From Bacteriovoracia bacterium (lineage in GTDB: Bacteria > Bdellovibrionota > UBA1018 > CAIPTA01), in the NCBI GenBank assembly GCA_050246755.1, contig JBFWVL010000001.1, positions 1,184,001-1,248,000 of the forward strand: a stretch of DNA of 64,000 nt, read 5' to 3'. How positions within the stretch are numbered: the stretch's first letter is position 1; each line of letters starts with the position of its first letter. A program made the translations under genes and the position numbers. Positions 16,720 through 25,019 of this stretch are shown here, piece by piece. The notes beneath the pieces were generated by a model. The model was not told the DNA's origin. It saw nothing but the letters and a program-made list of their open reading frames with translations, and did no database searches.

Positions 16720-18604
16720 AATCCTTGTGGTAGAGGACGAGAGCATTGTGGCTCTTGACATTGAGCGTGGACTTAAAAGAATCGGTTACGATATTGCCGG
16801 TGTGGCTGATAACGGTTGCGATGCCATTCGTCTAGTGACGGAGAAGAGCCCACAGTTAGTCCTCATGGATATTCAGCTTAAGGGCGACATAGACGGAATC
16901 GAAACCGCGCAAAAAATTCACAGCCAATTTAATATTCCCGTCATTTTTCTTACGGCTTACGCTGATGAGCCCACCTTGCAAAGAGCCAAACTCACGGAAC
17001 CTTTTGGCTATCTCTTAAAGCCGTTCGAGGAAACGGAACTGCGCACCGCGATTGAAGTGGCTCTCCACAAGCATAGTTCCGTAGAGATCCATAGGGAGAG
17101 GGCTGCGACCGCCTTGAAATTAAGTGAAGAGACTTTTCGCATTTTCGTGGAGTCCGTTCAAGATTATGGAATTTTCATGATGGATCCTCTCGGTATGGTC
17201 ATGAGCTGGAATATCGGCTCTCATCGAATCAAAGGCTACGAGGCACACGAGGTGATCGGAAAGCATTTTTCGATTTTTTATTCAGAAGAGGACATCGCCA
17301 ACCGCAGGCCGGAGAAGGAACTCGCCATTGCCGAAAAAGAGGGAAGATATGAAGAAGAGTCATGGCGGGTGAGAAAAGATGGCACTCGGTTCTGGACCAG
17401 AGTCACGATCACCGCCATTCGCGATAAGGAAGGCGCACTTCTCGCTTTCGGCAAAGTCACGCGAGATCTGACGCTGAAAAAGAAAGCGGAAGACGATTTA
17501 CGAGAAAGCGAGGAGCGTAAGTCCGCTACGCTGGAGGCGGCTCTGGATTGCGTAGTAACGTTGGATAGCCAGGGAAAAATCTTAGAGGTTAACCAGGCAG
17601 CCGAAAAAACCTTCGGGTGGAAAAGAGAGCAGGTAATTGGCCGGGAAATGGCCAATATCATCATTCCAGAAAAACTTCGCGAAGCCCACCGCGCGGGACT
17701 AAAGCATTTTTTAGCCACGGGGATCGGGCCGGCTTTGCGACAACGGATTGAACTTTCCGCACTTCGCTCTGACGGTAGCGAGTTTCCAATTGAACTCTCT
17801 ATTCTTGATCTTAATGTAAACGGCAAAGTGCTTTTTACCGGCTTTCTCCGCGACATCACAACCCAAAAGAAGGCAGAGGAAATTCTAAAAAATTCGATCA
17901 AAGCAAGAGACGAATTTCTCACCATTGCGTCCCATGAGCTTAAAACACCCCTGACCGCTCTAAAGCTTCAACTTCAGCTAAGCCAAATGCAGCTAAAGAA
18001 GCGTACAAAAACCACAGGAAAAAAGCGCACCCGGCCAGTAACTTTAGAGCGTTCATTGTCCCTCTCCATTAAGCAGGTAGATTCCCTAACCGGTCTCGTG
18101 GAAGAACTTCTTGATGTGGGAATGATTCAGACAGGACGACTTTCTTTGCATCTCGGGGAGATGAAACTATCGGATTTAGTACGAGAAGTGGTGAGTCTAT
18201 TTTCGCCTAAACTCGCGATGATAAAATGCTCCCCAGAAACTGAGCTTGAAGACGGGATTGTCGGGAATTGGGATGCACATCGCATAGAACAGGTATTGGT
18301 AAATTTGATTGGAAACATCATAAAATATGCTCCTGGCTCGAGAGTGAAAATCTCTACGAAGCGGGAAAACGACAAAGTCGTACTTATGGTGGAGGATGAT
18401 GGTCCGGGGATTCCGGAAGAAAAACAAAAGCAAATTTTTGAGCGATTTGAAAGAGCGACTTCTGCCAACTACGTTAGTGGCCTTGGTCTTGGCCTCTTCG
18501 TGGTGAAGCATATTGTCGAATCCCATCACGGGACAGTTCAGTTGCATAGTTCCTTGGGGCGTGGATCGCGATTTACGATCTCTCTTCCAGAAAAGGTAAC
18601 TTAG
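16691..18604 (+). CDS. Hybrid kinase REC-PAS-PAS-HisKA-HATPase
   Basis: REC (LMDIQL...KPF), two PAS domains, ASHELKTP, GLGLGL. Confidence 0.93.
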   Translation: MTMQESNLIKILVVEDESIVALDIERGLKRIGYDIAGVADNGCDAIRLVTEKSPQLVLMDIQLKGDIDGIETAQKIHSQFNIPVIFLTAYADEPTLQRAKLTEPFGYLLKPFEETELRTAIEVALHKHSSVEIHRERAATALKLSEETFRIFVESVQDYGIFMMDPLGMVMSWNIGSHRIKGYEAHEVIGKHFSIFYSEEDIANRRPEKELAIAEKEGRYEEESWRVRKDGTRFWTRVTITAIRDKEGALLAFGKVTRDLTLKKKAEDDLRESEERKSATLEAALDCVVTLDSQGKILEVNQAAEKTFGWKREQVIGREMANIIIPEKLREAHRAGLKHFLATGIGPALRQRIELSALRSDGSEFPIELSILDLNVNGKVLFTGFLRDITTQKKAEEILKNSIKARDEFLTIASHELKTPLTALKLQLQLSQMQLKKRTKTTGKKRTRPVTLERSLSLSIKQVDSLTGLVEELLDVGMIQTGRLSLHLGEMKLSDLVREVVSLFSPKLAMIKCSPETELEDGIVGNWDAHRIEQVLVNLIGNIIKYAPGSRVKISTKRENDKVVLMVEDDGPGIPEEKQKQIFERFERATSANYVSGLGLGLFVVKHIVESHHGTVQLHSSLGRGSRFTISLPEKVT

Positions 18605-18645
18605 CTCCGTTTTAAGCGTTTCGTTTCACGTCCGCTGCTCTTTGG

Positions 18646-18739
18646 AACGATAGCAACCGTATACCGATTTTTTCCTCCAGACGCTTACGAAACCTAGTTC
18701 AGCCTCAAAGTGGTGGACTCAACTGGACGAATTTCGAAC
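18646..18739 (+). repeat. Repeat B + repeat A (att-like scar)
   Basis: B copy at 18646-18692. A copy TGGTGGACTCAACTGGAC matches the tRNA 3'-end complement TGGTGGGCCCACCCGGAC at 14/18. Confidence 0.6.
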
Positions 18740-18841
18740 TACGTACATCGAGTACGACGCCTAGATAAGTCCTTCTAATCTGAGATTAATCCAGTTCGAG
18801 TGGGAACAAAAGTTGTGTTCCCGAGATTTTTCTAGTGTTCC

Positions 18842-19873
18842 CTAAAATGACGACTCGAGAAATGAGAAGCGAGCTATTTTACCAGTAGCATCTAAACGAC
18901 AGCGAACCTCTTGGGGAACCGTGATCATGGGAACAGTATGCCCACAGTCAAAATCGTAAATAATCGGATAATTCCGATTTCCAATAACCTCAACGATCAA
19001 ATCTCTGAGGTTATTGGATGATCCATCTTGGCTATAAACCTCTGGTCGGCTGAAGATCAAGCCCGCGATCGAATCGAAAGCCCCCATCAGCTGAAGCTGG
19101 CGCAAGCCACGTTCCTCTTTCATCAAAGGGGCATCCATTTCTTCTAGAAGTAAGATTTTCCCTTTCAGGTCTGGCCAATAAGGGGTGCCGGCTGCACTCA
19201 AAAAGGTATTAAGATTTACAGCCACAATGGGAGCTTCCACCAATCCTGGTTGAATCACCTGCCAGCCATCATTCTCAATCCACTCTCTCGGTAAATTTTT
19301 CCAATCGTCATTTGTCCAGCTACGTTTGTGATTACTCCAACGAGAAGGCCGAACAATTTCTCGCTGCTTCGGACCATTTTCCATTACAGCATCCAGAAAC
19401 CACTTTGAGCTTTCCTCAATTCCATTTGGCCATTCCCCAAACCAGCACATCACTGTGGGGCCGTAAAATGTCCTCAGACGAGAAAATTTCAATATAGATA
19501 GATGGAGCGAAGTCACATCCGAGTAGCCACAAATAACTTTGCGACTTTCACGTATCTCGTCAAAGTCTAGAAACGGAATCATACTGTTGGAGTTGTAGCC
19601 GCCGATAGTGGCCATCAGCGCATTCACTTGCGGATTTCGGATTAATGACATGAACTCGTCAGCACGCTCAGCGCCCGCTCCAGAACGGTATCCATCCGCT
19701 GATCTTTTCTCGGTTAATTTCCCAAGCCTAATCTTGAATCCGAGCTTTTGAAGAGAGGAAAGACCATTTTCAAAAAGAGCATTGTTGAATTTATAGCCAG
19801 GAGAAGAAGGCGTGAAGACACCTATGGTGTCGCCGGCTCGCAATGGCCTTGGGGTAACAAGTGGTTTTTCCAT
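18842..19873 (-). CDS. S66 family peptidase (LD-carboxypeptidase/MccF-like)
   Basis: LRAGDTIG, TIGGYNS, CGYSDVT (Ser), LLLEE (Glu), CGHT (His). Confidence 0.92.
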   Translation of the reverse strand: MEKPLVTPRPLRAGDTIGVFTPSSPGYKFNNALFENGLSSLQKLGFKIRLGKLTEKRSADGYRSGAGAERADEFMSLIRNPQVNALMATIGGYNSNSMIPFLDFDEIRESRKVICGYSDVTSLHLSILKFSRLRTFYGPTVMCWFGEWPNGIEESSKWFLDAVMENGPKQREIVRPSRWSNHKRSWTNDDWKNLPREWIENDGWQVIQPGLVEAPIVAVNLNTFLSAAGTPYWPDLKGKILLLEEMDAPLMKEERGLRQLQLMGAFDSIAGLIFSRPEVYSQDGSSNNLRDLIVEVIGNRNYPIIYDFDCGHTVPMITVPQEVRCRLDATGKIARFSFLESSF

Positions 19874-20016
19874 GACTCAGTTTTCCCATCAGAAAGCTTG
19901 AATCCAAATCACATAATCAATACTTCGAAGTTCTAGTCCGGCTGAGTGTCGTCGCCCAGTCTGGCTTAATTTCGAATAGAAACTTCCGTAAAAAAACTCT
20001 CCAACCAGAATTCCGC

Positions 20017-20056
20017 ACTGAATACAGTATACTGCATACGGTATTCTGTATTCAGT
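20017..20056. terminator. Hairpin immediately 3' of the tRNA (likely terminator/processing stem)
   Basis: ACTGAATACAG...CTGTATTCAGT 11-bp outer stem plus inner stem; no clear U-tract. Confidence 0.55.
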
Positions 20057-20062
20057 CTAGGA

Positions 20063-20139
20063 TGGTGGGCCCACCCGGACTTGAACCGGGGACCAGAAGA
20101 TTATGAGTCTCCTGCTCTAACCAACTGAGCTATAGGCCC
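20063..20139 (-). tRNA. ileX: tRNA-Ile2 (anticodon CAU, lysidine-modified type)
   Basis: GGGCCTATAGCTCAGTTGGTTAGAGC-AGGAGA-CTCATAA-TCTTC-TGGTCCCCGGTTCAAGTCCGGG-TGGGCCC-ACCA. G1-C72 pair and absence of the GGG/CCC anticodon stem argue against fMet; it lies downstream of rpoD on the same strand. Confidence 0.9.
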
Positions 20140-20154
20140 TTTGAGAACCCTCGG

Positions 20155-20182
20155 ATCATACGAAACCCAGGGCTCCAAGCAA
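20155..20182 (-). promoter_or_regulatory. Sigma70 promoter of the tRNA
   Basis: Minus strand TTGCTT-N16-TATGAT. Confidence 0.6.
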
Positions 20183-20303
20183 ACCTCTTTCTCGACGGAA
20201 AGCTTCGGAATAATGCGAGGCGCAAACTTCGGGTGGGTTTTTCCCGTTTTCTCGACGAAGTGTTTTTGTCTGCCTAGTATTGCCCCGTATAATTTGGGCA
20301 GAA

Positions 20304-21764
20304 ATGTCGGCTCTTTTATCCCTATTTATCTTTGCTCTCCTCTCTGCTGCCGCCTTTGCGGAGGAAGAATGCACCGACTATACGATCCAAACCCAAAAGC
20401 AGACCCTCGGCCAGGTGGCACGAGAGGTATACGGCAAATCGCGGGAGTGGAAGAAGATCGCGGCCTGGAACAAAATTACGCCACCCTATCGCGTAAAAAA
20501 AGGCCAAGTGATCAAGCTCTGCGAAGCGCCGAAGCCCAAAAAGGCGAGCCAACTAGCCACCTCGCTTCCCTCCGATACGAAAGTATCGAAAGGCAAGAAA
20601 ATCGTGGCGGCTCCTCCGCCAAAAATCGCGGAGCCCGTGGAACTCGATGGCAGCTACCTGATGCCCGTTACCCAGGAAGTGATCGAGAAAGACGAAGAAA
20701 CCATCTACGTGGTGAATGAGCGGGCGCCTTCCCTATCGATGATTGCGCTGGAACTGTATGGCGACGCGAAGCTCGGCAACGAAATTGCTAAATGGAACCA
20801 TCTTAGAAAGCCCTACAAGCTCGCGCTCGGCCAAAAACTCCGACTGAAACGCAAACCCACCAAAGACCCTAAAAAGGCCGATGAGTCTCTCGTGAACGCC
20901 TGGGAATCTTTGGGTAATGATTGGATGGCCGAACGGATCAAGAAGAGTGCAAGCAAGGTGGACGCCCCACCGGTGCCCGCCGATCTCGAACCCGAAGCCT
21001 TGCCGGTGGAAAAGTCTGCGGTAGTGGAAATAAAAACTCCTCGCGCCGATGCTCCCCTATTCGAGGCACCTACCGCCGTGATGGTCGAGGGCGAACATGA
21101 AACGCGCTGGACCACTTCCGGCGGGCCGACGTTTCAATTTTTTCGTATTAACGGCAGAGACAAAGCAACCGGCGCGGATGCTTTTCTTCTCTCAAAACTT
21201 AGCCCGGGCCTCGAAATAAATGTGGGGGCTCTCGTTCACCCAAGCGTCCGCGCACTGTTTCGTATCTCAGGCTACCGCTCTTCTCTTTATCCCAATACCG
21301 CGAGCACGGCCGTTATTGAAAACTCCCGGCAGACCGCGCTGCGTTTTGGCCTCGGCGCCGAGAAATTGTTTGGCGCACATACCTCGGTGGGCGCCCTGCT
21401 AAATTTTTCCGACGAGCTGTACGTGCGCGGCATCAGTGGGTTGAGCGGAGTGATGATGGATTCGGTAAAAGTATTTCGTACCGATCTACATGGCCAATAT
21501 GAACTTTTCCGCTATCGCGGCGGCCTCATGCGCGCAATGGCCGGGCTTGGTTTACTTTTTCCTGCTACCACTACTTTTTACCAAACTCGAGCTGGATTAG
21601 CGGCCGGACTGGGCCTCGGTGCGGTTACGGAATTAGGCCGCGAGTGGAAGTTGGCATCCGACATCGAGTACCGCGTTCAAAGCCAAAGCACCTCGGTGCT
21701 AACTGCCAGCCGCAAGGATTTTATTTTAGGTTTTCAATTCGAATGGAAAGGCGATCCGCTATGA
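20304..21764 (+). CDS. Secreted protein with two LysM-like domains, Pro/Lys-rich linkers and a predicted C-terminal outer-membrane beta-barrel
   Basis: Signal peptide; LysM1 (TLGQVAREVYG..WKKIAAWN...GQVIKL); LysM2 (SLSMIALELYG...IAKWN...GQKLRL); amphipathic strands ending ILGFQFEW. Confidence 0.72.
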   Translation: MSALLSLFIFALLSAAAFAEEECTDYTIQTQKQTLGQVAREVYGKSREWKKIAAWNKITPPYRVKKGQVIKLCEAPKPKKASQLATSLPSDTKVSKGKKIVAAPPPKIAEPVELDGSYLMPVTQEVIEKDEETIYVVNERAPSLSMIALELYGDAKLGNEIAKWNHLRKPYKLALGQKLRLKRKPTKDPKKADESLVNAWESLGNDWMAERIKKSASKVDAPPVPADLEPEALPVEKSAVVEIKTPRADAPLFEAPTAVMVEGEHETRWTTSGGPTFQFFRINGRDKATGADAFLLSKLSPGLEINVGALVHPSVRALFRISGYRSSLYPNTASTAVIENSRQTALRFGLGAEKLFGAHTSVGALLNFSDELYVRGISGLSGVMMDSVKVFRTDLHGQYELFRYRGGLMRAMAGLGLLFPATTTFYQTRAGLAAGLGLGAVTELGREWKLASDIEYRVQSQSTSVLTASRKDFILGFQFEWKGDPL

Positions 21765-23320
21765 AATTAAAAAAGTACTCGCGGCTCGCTCTTTTATTGT
21801 CGTTGTTTTTGGTGGCCTGCAATCCGCTGGGCGATAGCGATTCTAGCAAAATACCGCTGGATTTTCATCCGGGCGCTAGCGTTCCCGCTACTCCGGATAC
21901 CATTTCACCTTCCGTGAGCTTTTCGAATGGCACGGGTAGTAGCATCCCCGCTTCCGTTACCCTAACCTTCAGTGAAGGAGTCTATGGGCTAAGCACAGGT
22001 GCCGTATCCCTCTCCACTTCCACGCTCTGCGCGGCCACGATTAGTTCCGTGACCTTCAACGCCGGAGCTTCCACTGCCACCGTAAACCTCGGCGGAACCT
22101 TGAATCGCCTCGGAGATATTTGCACGCTCACGATTGATTCCAGCCAGGTGAAGGATGCCGCGAATAACTTTCTCACCGGAACGGCGGCCAAAATCCTTTC
22201 GGTTGATACCGTAACCGCGGCCAATCAGCAGGTGAATGTATACGCGTCCGTCACAAACGCGACTCTATCCGCGGGCGCGACCGCGATCGACCTCAATAGC
22301 GCAACCGGATTCTACGTAGGCGACAAAGCACTCGTGATTCAGATGCAGAATAGCGTGACGCCCGCCCTCGCCGGCACCTACGAGATCGTGCAAATTTCGG
22401 GAATCGCCGGAAATCAAATCACTCTTTCCGCTGGACTAGCGAATGCCTACGTTTCCAATACATTTGGAACCACTGCCTCGAAGGCAGCTCAAGTTTTGCG
22501 TTTGCCTCGCTTTACCAATTTTAATATCGCTTCTGGAGGATCGGTAGTAGCTCCGGCCTGGGATGGTAGTACGGGAGGGATCGTGGCCGTGAATGCCAGC
22601 GGCTCCATTACCATCGCTGGATCTATTGACGTGGCCGCCAAAGGATTTCGGGGCGGCACTACCACTGCCAACCTTGCCTGCGGGGCGATGCCTTCCGTGT
22701 CTGCAACGGCAGGAGAATCGGTAGCCGGTATCGGTTCAGCAACTACCGCCACAAACCAATCCGGTGGGGGAGCAGGAAATTCCGGACAGTGCAGCTTTGG
22801 TGGATACATCGGCGCCGCCGGGGGGGGCGGAGGTGGCTATGGCGCGGCCGGAGAAGACCGCTCGGCGTATACTTCGGGAGCTACAGTGGTTCAGGGTACG
22901 GGCGGCCCGGTAACCGGCGTGGCCACATTAGCGCGAATCTTACTCGGATCGGGCGGCGGGGCCGGAGGGTCCCATGACGCAGGCGTGGCGGGAGCCGGAG
23001 GAATTGGTGGTGGCGCCGCAATTCTTTTCGCAAATTCCATCTCCGTCACTGGCTCTATCGCCGCCACCGGAGCCGCAGGAACTGGCTGCACCAGCCCCGA
23101 TGGGTCGGGCGGCGGCGGCGCGGGTGGAAGTATTTATTTGAACGCCACGAATGCTGTCACGGTGGGAACAAACCTCGTGACCGCCCTGGGCGGCGCACGC
23201 GGACTCTGCACCGACGCACAACCTAATCCCGACTACCGTACCGGTGGAGCCGGAGGGGAAGGAAGAATCAAAGTAGTAGGTGGTTCGGTCAACGGAACAA
23301 CTAATCCCATCTCGCCCTAA
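21761..23320 (+). CDS. Lipoprotein with Ig-like domain and glycine-rich C-terminal domain (putative adhesin)
   Basis: Lipobox LVAC; VTLTFSEGV and VKDAANN (bacterial Ig-like); GDKALVIQMQ, PAWDGSTGG, KGFRGG, multiple GGGG(G) runs; ATGA overlap with the upstream gene. Confidence 0.78.
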   Translation: MKLKKYSRLALLLSLFLVACNPLGDSDSSKIPLDFHPGASVPATPDTISPSVSFSNGTGSSIPASVTLTFSEGVYGLSTGAVSLSTSTLCAATISSVTFNAGASTATVNLGGTLNRLGDICTLTIDSSQVKDAANNFLTGTAAKILSVDTVTAANQQVNVYASVTNATLSAGATAIDLNSATGFYVGDKALVIQMQNSVTPALAGTYEIVQISGIAGNQITLSAGLANAYVSNTFGTTASKAAQVLRLPRFTNFNIASGGSVVAPAWDGSTGGIVAVNASGSITIAGSIDVAAKGFRGGTTTANLACGAMPSVSATAGESVAGIGSATTATNQSGGGAGNSGQCSFGGYIGAAGGGGGGYGAAGEDRSAYTSGATVVQGTGGPVTGVATLARILLGSGGGAGGSHDAGVAGAGGIGGGAAILFANSISVTGSIAATGAAGTGCTSPDGSGGGGAGGSIYLNATNAVTVGTNLVTALGGARGLCTDAQPNPDYRTGGAGGEGRIKVVGGSVNGTTNPISP

Positions 23321-23330
23321 TCATAGTAAT

Positions 23331-25007
23331 TTAATGCAATAGCGAATCGGGAATTTGGGGCAAATCCTGCTTGAGCACCAAATTCCGGGGAAATTCGACC
23401 GTAAACTTCGAGCCTTCCCCCATTTTGCTCGAGAGAGAAATCTTTCCATGATGCTGGTCCATTATCTCGCGCACGATAAATAGTCCCAATCCCAGCCCGC
23501 TCACGTGATTGCCAGGCACGGCCCGCTCGAAGCGCTCGAAAATTCGCTTCTGGTCCGCGGGCGCGATCCCTACGCCATGGTCTTGCACCGAAATAAGAAT
23601 CATTTCTCTCGAAACATTCTCTTCCACTCGAAGCTGAACGGGAGAGCCAGCGCCGTATTTACAGGAATTCGAAAGTAAATTCATCAGCACCTGAGAAATC
23701 CTAACCTTATCCGCCTGCACCATGAGTACGGGCGGAGTGCTTAATTCCAACTCCGAGCCTGCCGAATGAAACTCCGCCGCCATTTGATTCGCAATTTCCT
23801 TGATGAGCACCACTAAATCGAATTGCTCCAGGTGAAGGCGGAATTTCCCCGTTTCGATCCTACCGATATCGAGCATATCCTCGATCAGGCGGGAAAGACG
23901 CATGATTTGGCGCTCGGCCAGATCGAAAAACTGCGCCATTTTCGGATCCCGATTTTCGGAATCACTCTGTTTGGCCCGAAAACGCCTTTGCATCTGCACT
24001 TGCATCTTTAAACTGGTCAGCGGGGTTTTTAATTCATGGCTGGCAATGGAAAGAAATTCATCGCGGGCATGTACGGCGCGCTCTAAGCTTTTCGCGTGAA
24101 ACTCCAAATCGCTCAGAAACTTTTGCTCGGCGGCAACCTTTTCTTCGAAGGCATAATTCAAGGCGCGGCCACTACGATAGATAAGGATGGAAAACAGAAC
24201 CATATAGGAAATTACAGAGATAGACGTGCCCTGGGATAAATCATAATAACCGGCTCGCTGGCCATAGAGCCTCACGGCCCCGATTAAAGGTGGCAAGAAA
24301 ATAGCCATGGGCAAAAGACGACGAATCGCCATTCCACCCGGCGTTTGGCTGGTAACCAAGCGCAGAATGCTGGATCTTCCGCCCACGATCAGCCCCGCGA
24401 AAGCCAACAGCAGCAGACAGACGGCGGTATACGGCGAAATTCGAATGAAGGGCCCGACTTTATAAAGGGCGGATACGCCTAAGATATACCCGTTGATCGC
24501 GAAAATAGAGATGAGCATCAGCACGATGGTGAGCGCCTGGTGTAGCCAGGCAATGAAGGGCCGCGCACTAAAGGCGAGTAATGTGAGAGAGCCGAGCAAA
24601 AAAATTCCACCCGCTGCAATCGGCGACATCCTTCCAGGGTAAAGGGCGCTCTCCGCGTTGCCCACATCACGCACAATAAATTCGTCGATACCCAAGCTTC
24701 GATCAGTCCAGTATTCCATCAAAGTGGCGGCGCCCACGCAAACGGCAAAGAAGCCAAGAAAAAATATCGGAAGCCGCCAGCGGTTCGCGCCTTCTTTGCC
24801 TTTAGTATAACAAAGCAGAAACATCGCTACCGCGCAGGTCGTAAGGCAGAGGCTGGTATTGGGCTTCATCGACATACCGGCGAGATTCCGCCAGGCCTGG
24901 GCCGAAGAGCTAAGCCAAATCATCAAGAAAAAAGAGCTAATAACGAAAGACGCCGCAACTGCTACTTGGCAGACGCGGCGTAAATCAATAAAGGATTCTT
25001 TTTCCAT
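23331..25007 (-). CDS. Multi-TM membrane sensor histidine kinase
   Basis: About 7-8 TM segments (MKPNT, GRMSP motifs), ASHELKTP, GLGLGL. Confidence 0.92.
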   Translation of the reverse strand: MEKESFIDLRRVCQVAVAASFVISSFFLMIWLSSSAQAWRNLAGMSMKPNTSLCLTTCAVAMFLLCYTKGKEGANRWRLPIFFLGFFAVCVGAATLMEYWTDRSLGIDEFIVRDVGNAESALYPGRMSPIAAGGIFLLGSLTLLAFSARPFIAWLHQALTIVLMLISIFAINGYILGVSALYKVGPFIRISPYTAVCLLLLAFAGLIVGGRSSILRLVTSQTPGGMAIRRLLPMAIFLPPLIGAVRLYGQRAGYYDLSQGTSISVISYMVLFSILIYRSGRALNYAFEEKVAAEQKFLSDLEFHAKSLERAVHARDEFLSIASHELKTPLTSLKMQVQMQRRFRAKQSDSENRDPKMAQFFDLAERQIMRLSRLIEDMLDIGRIETGKFRLHLEQFDLVVLIKEIANQMAAEFHSAGSELELSTPPVLMVQADKVRISQVLMNLLSNSCKYGAGSPVQLRVEENVSREMILISVQDHGVGIAPADQKRIFERFERAVPGNHVSGLGLGLFIVREIMDQHHGKISLSSKMGEGSKFTVEFPRNLVLKQDLPQIPDSLLH

Positions 25008-25019
25008 GGAGGGTTAAAA

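Noticed and set aside
20063-20139. tRNA-Met or fMet assignment for the CAU anticodon
   Set aside because: It lacks initiator hallmarks (C1:A72 mismatch, three G-C pairs in the anticodon stem) and resembles ileX-type tRNAs. Elongator Met cannot be fully excluded by eye.
20141-20719. 192-aa ORF next to the tRNA
   Set aside because: Out-of-frame overlap with the LysM gene and with the tRNA promoter.
22740-23270. GGC-rich repeats as a DNA repeat or CRISPR-like array
   Set aside because: They are explained by glycine codons, with no constant repeat-spacer periodicity. No CRISPR array was seen anywhere in the window.
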